This document shows, piece after piece, positions 56,694 to 57,558 of a stretch of DNA of 57,558 nucleotides. A program made the position numbers and the translations under genes. The notes beneath the pieces were generated by a model, which saw only the letters and a list, made by a program, of their open reading frames with translations, did no database searches and had not been told where the DNA came from. Source of the stretch: Pseudomonadota bacterium (lineage in GTDB: Bacteria > Pseudomonadota > Gammaproteobacteria > Burkholderiales > Ga0077523). Numbering within the stretch: position 1 is the first letter of the stretch; each line of letters opens with the position of its first letter. The DNA lies in the NCBI GenBank assembly GCA_963205165.1, contig CAUJJX010000313.1, positions 1-57,558 on the forward strand, written 5' to 3'.

Positions 56694-57540
56694 TCACCTG
56701 CAACCCGGTCAGCGTGAGTCCGCGGGCGGCGAGTGCCGTGCGCAATGCCTCGGAGCCCTGCCGGAACGCATCCGTCGCATCGGCATCCGACACGACGCGC
56801 ACGGCAATCCGATCTTCGCGAAGGCCCACGCGCAATTCGACGACACCCAGTTCGGGGAGGGTCAGCCGCAGCTTCGAGGTCCAGGCACCGGCGGCCTCGT
56901 CGCCGACATCCTGGCCGGCGTGTTCGGCCGCGTCCTCCTCGATCGTCCAGTCGAGCCACTGTCCCGGCCAGGCCCAGCCCGACCACGTGACCGGTTGTCC
57001 CGCGAGCGTCTGGAGCTGCCGGTCGACGAGTTGCGCGACCTGCGGAGTCATGGCGCCGGTCGTCGGAGCATCGTCGGCAGCCGCCTGCACCGCGACGGTC
57101 ACAGCGTCGATCGATTTCGGGGAAGGCACTGCGGCGTCTGCGTCGTCCGTCGGCCGTGTCGCCTGGGGCTCCGCCCGGATGGCATCCGTCGGACGCTTGC
57201 CCGCCACCCAGTCCGCGAGGTGGGATTCGTAGAAGAGTCCGCTGCCCTCGATCGCGTGGCGCAGCGGCTGCGCGAGGACCGATGCATCGTCGGCGGGCGG
57301 TGACGCAACGAGCGGCAGCAACGCAGCGGCGTCGGCTCCGGCGTCGGCCGTCGTTCCCGACCGGACCGCGGCGAGCACGCTGCCGAGGCGGCTCGCGAGC
57401 GCGCTCAGTTCGACATGCGTGGATGGTGTCCCGCCATCACCGGCGGCCGTCCGGCTGAGCAGGAACGTGGGAATGTCCCCGCCACGCAGCACGACGAGCG
57501 GCAGGCGTTCGCCGGTCGCTCGCTGTCCGGCATCCGGCAC
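56671..57540 (-). CDS. flagellar hook-length control protein FliK-like
   Basis: About 289 aa, Ala/Asp-rich, with a C-terminal Flg_hook-like segment (W..KLRLTLPELGVVELRV......I.V.......). Its 3' end overlaps the flhB-like start by 23 nt. The 5' end is near the window edge, so the true start is uncertain. Confidence 0.65.
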   Translation of the reverse strand: MPDAGQRATGERLPLVVLRGGDIPTFLLSRTAAGDGGTPSTHVELSALASRLGSVLAAVRSGTTADAGADAAALLPLVASPPADDASVLAQPLRHAIEGSGLFYESHLADWVAGKRPTDAIRAEPQATRPTDDADAAVPSPKSIDAVTVAVQAAADDAPTTGAMTPQVAQLVDRQLQTLAGQPVTWSGWAWPGQWLDWTIEEDAAEHAGQDVGDEAAGAWTSKLRLTLPELGVVELRVGLREDRIAVRVVSDADATDAFRQGSEALRTALAARGLTLTGLQVNADDDVA

Positions 57541-57558
57541 ACGGCTCTGGAAGAGATG

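Overview
This is a high-GC, densely packed, mostly housekeeping chromosomal segment with gene order typical of Beta/Gammaproteobacteria. By eye I found no transposase, integrase, phage gene, CRISPR array or recognisable defence system.

Gene content, in order:
- lpxD-fabZ-lpxA-lpxB-rnhB
- ppsR/ppsA
- pyrG-kdsA-eno-ftsB
- mobA and an OFA-type MFS transporter
- motA-motB followed by a co-directional methyltransferase/HDOD/GYF/TrmH string
- tatD-pilZ-holB-tmk-mltG-fabF-acpP-fabG-fabD-fabH-plsX-rpmF-yceD (minus strand)
- maf and a TP-methylase
- sppA-Rieske-HAD-rluC, divergent from rne
- uvrB plus a low-molecular-weight phosphatase
- an AspC/TyrB aminotransferase and tRNA-Asn
- a persulfide dioxygenase-rhodanese fusion divergent from a SulP permease
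- an alanine-rich repeat lipoprotein
- an AraC/MFS pair
- map-glnD
- a fliK-like/flhB-like pair at the right edge

The one non-routine element is a split tRNA-Leu(UAA) gene on the minus strand (15381..15712). Its anticodon loop is interrupted between U34 and A35 by a 247-nt ORF-less insert carrying the core sequence motifs of a group I (IC3-type) self-splicing intron.

Other observations are modest:
- a truncated enoyl-CoA hydratase remnant abutting that tRNA
- a sulfur-handling gene pair with no visible regulator
- a nested-repeat coiled-coil lipoprotein
- a stator-linked signalling gene string
- an AT-rich palindrome in a 420-nt spacer

The very long extra ORFs in the six-frame track (up to 1582 aa) are in-register antisense or out-of-frame shadows of real genes, not genes.
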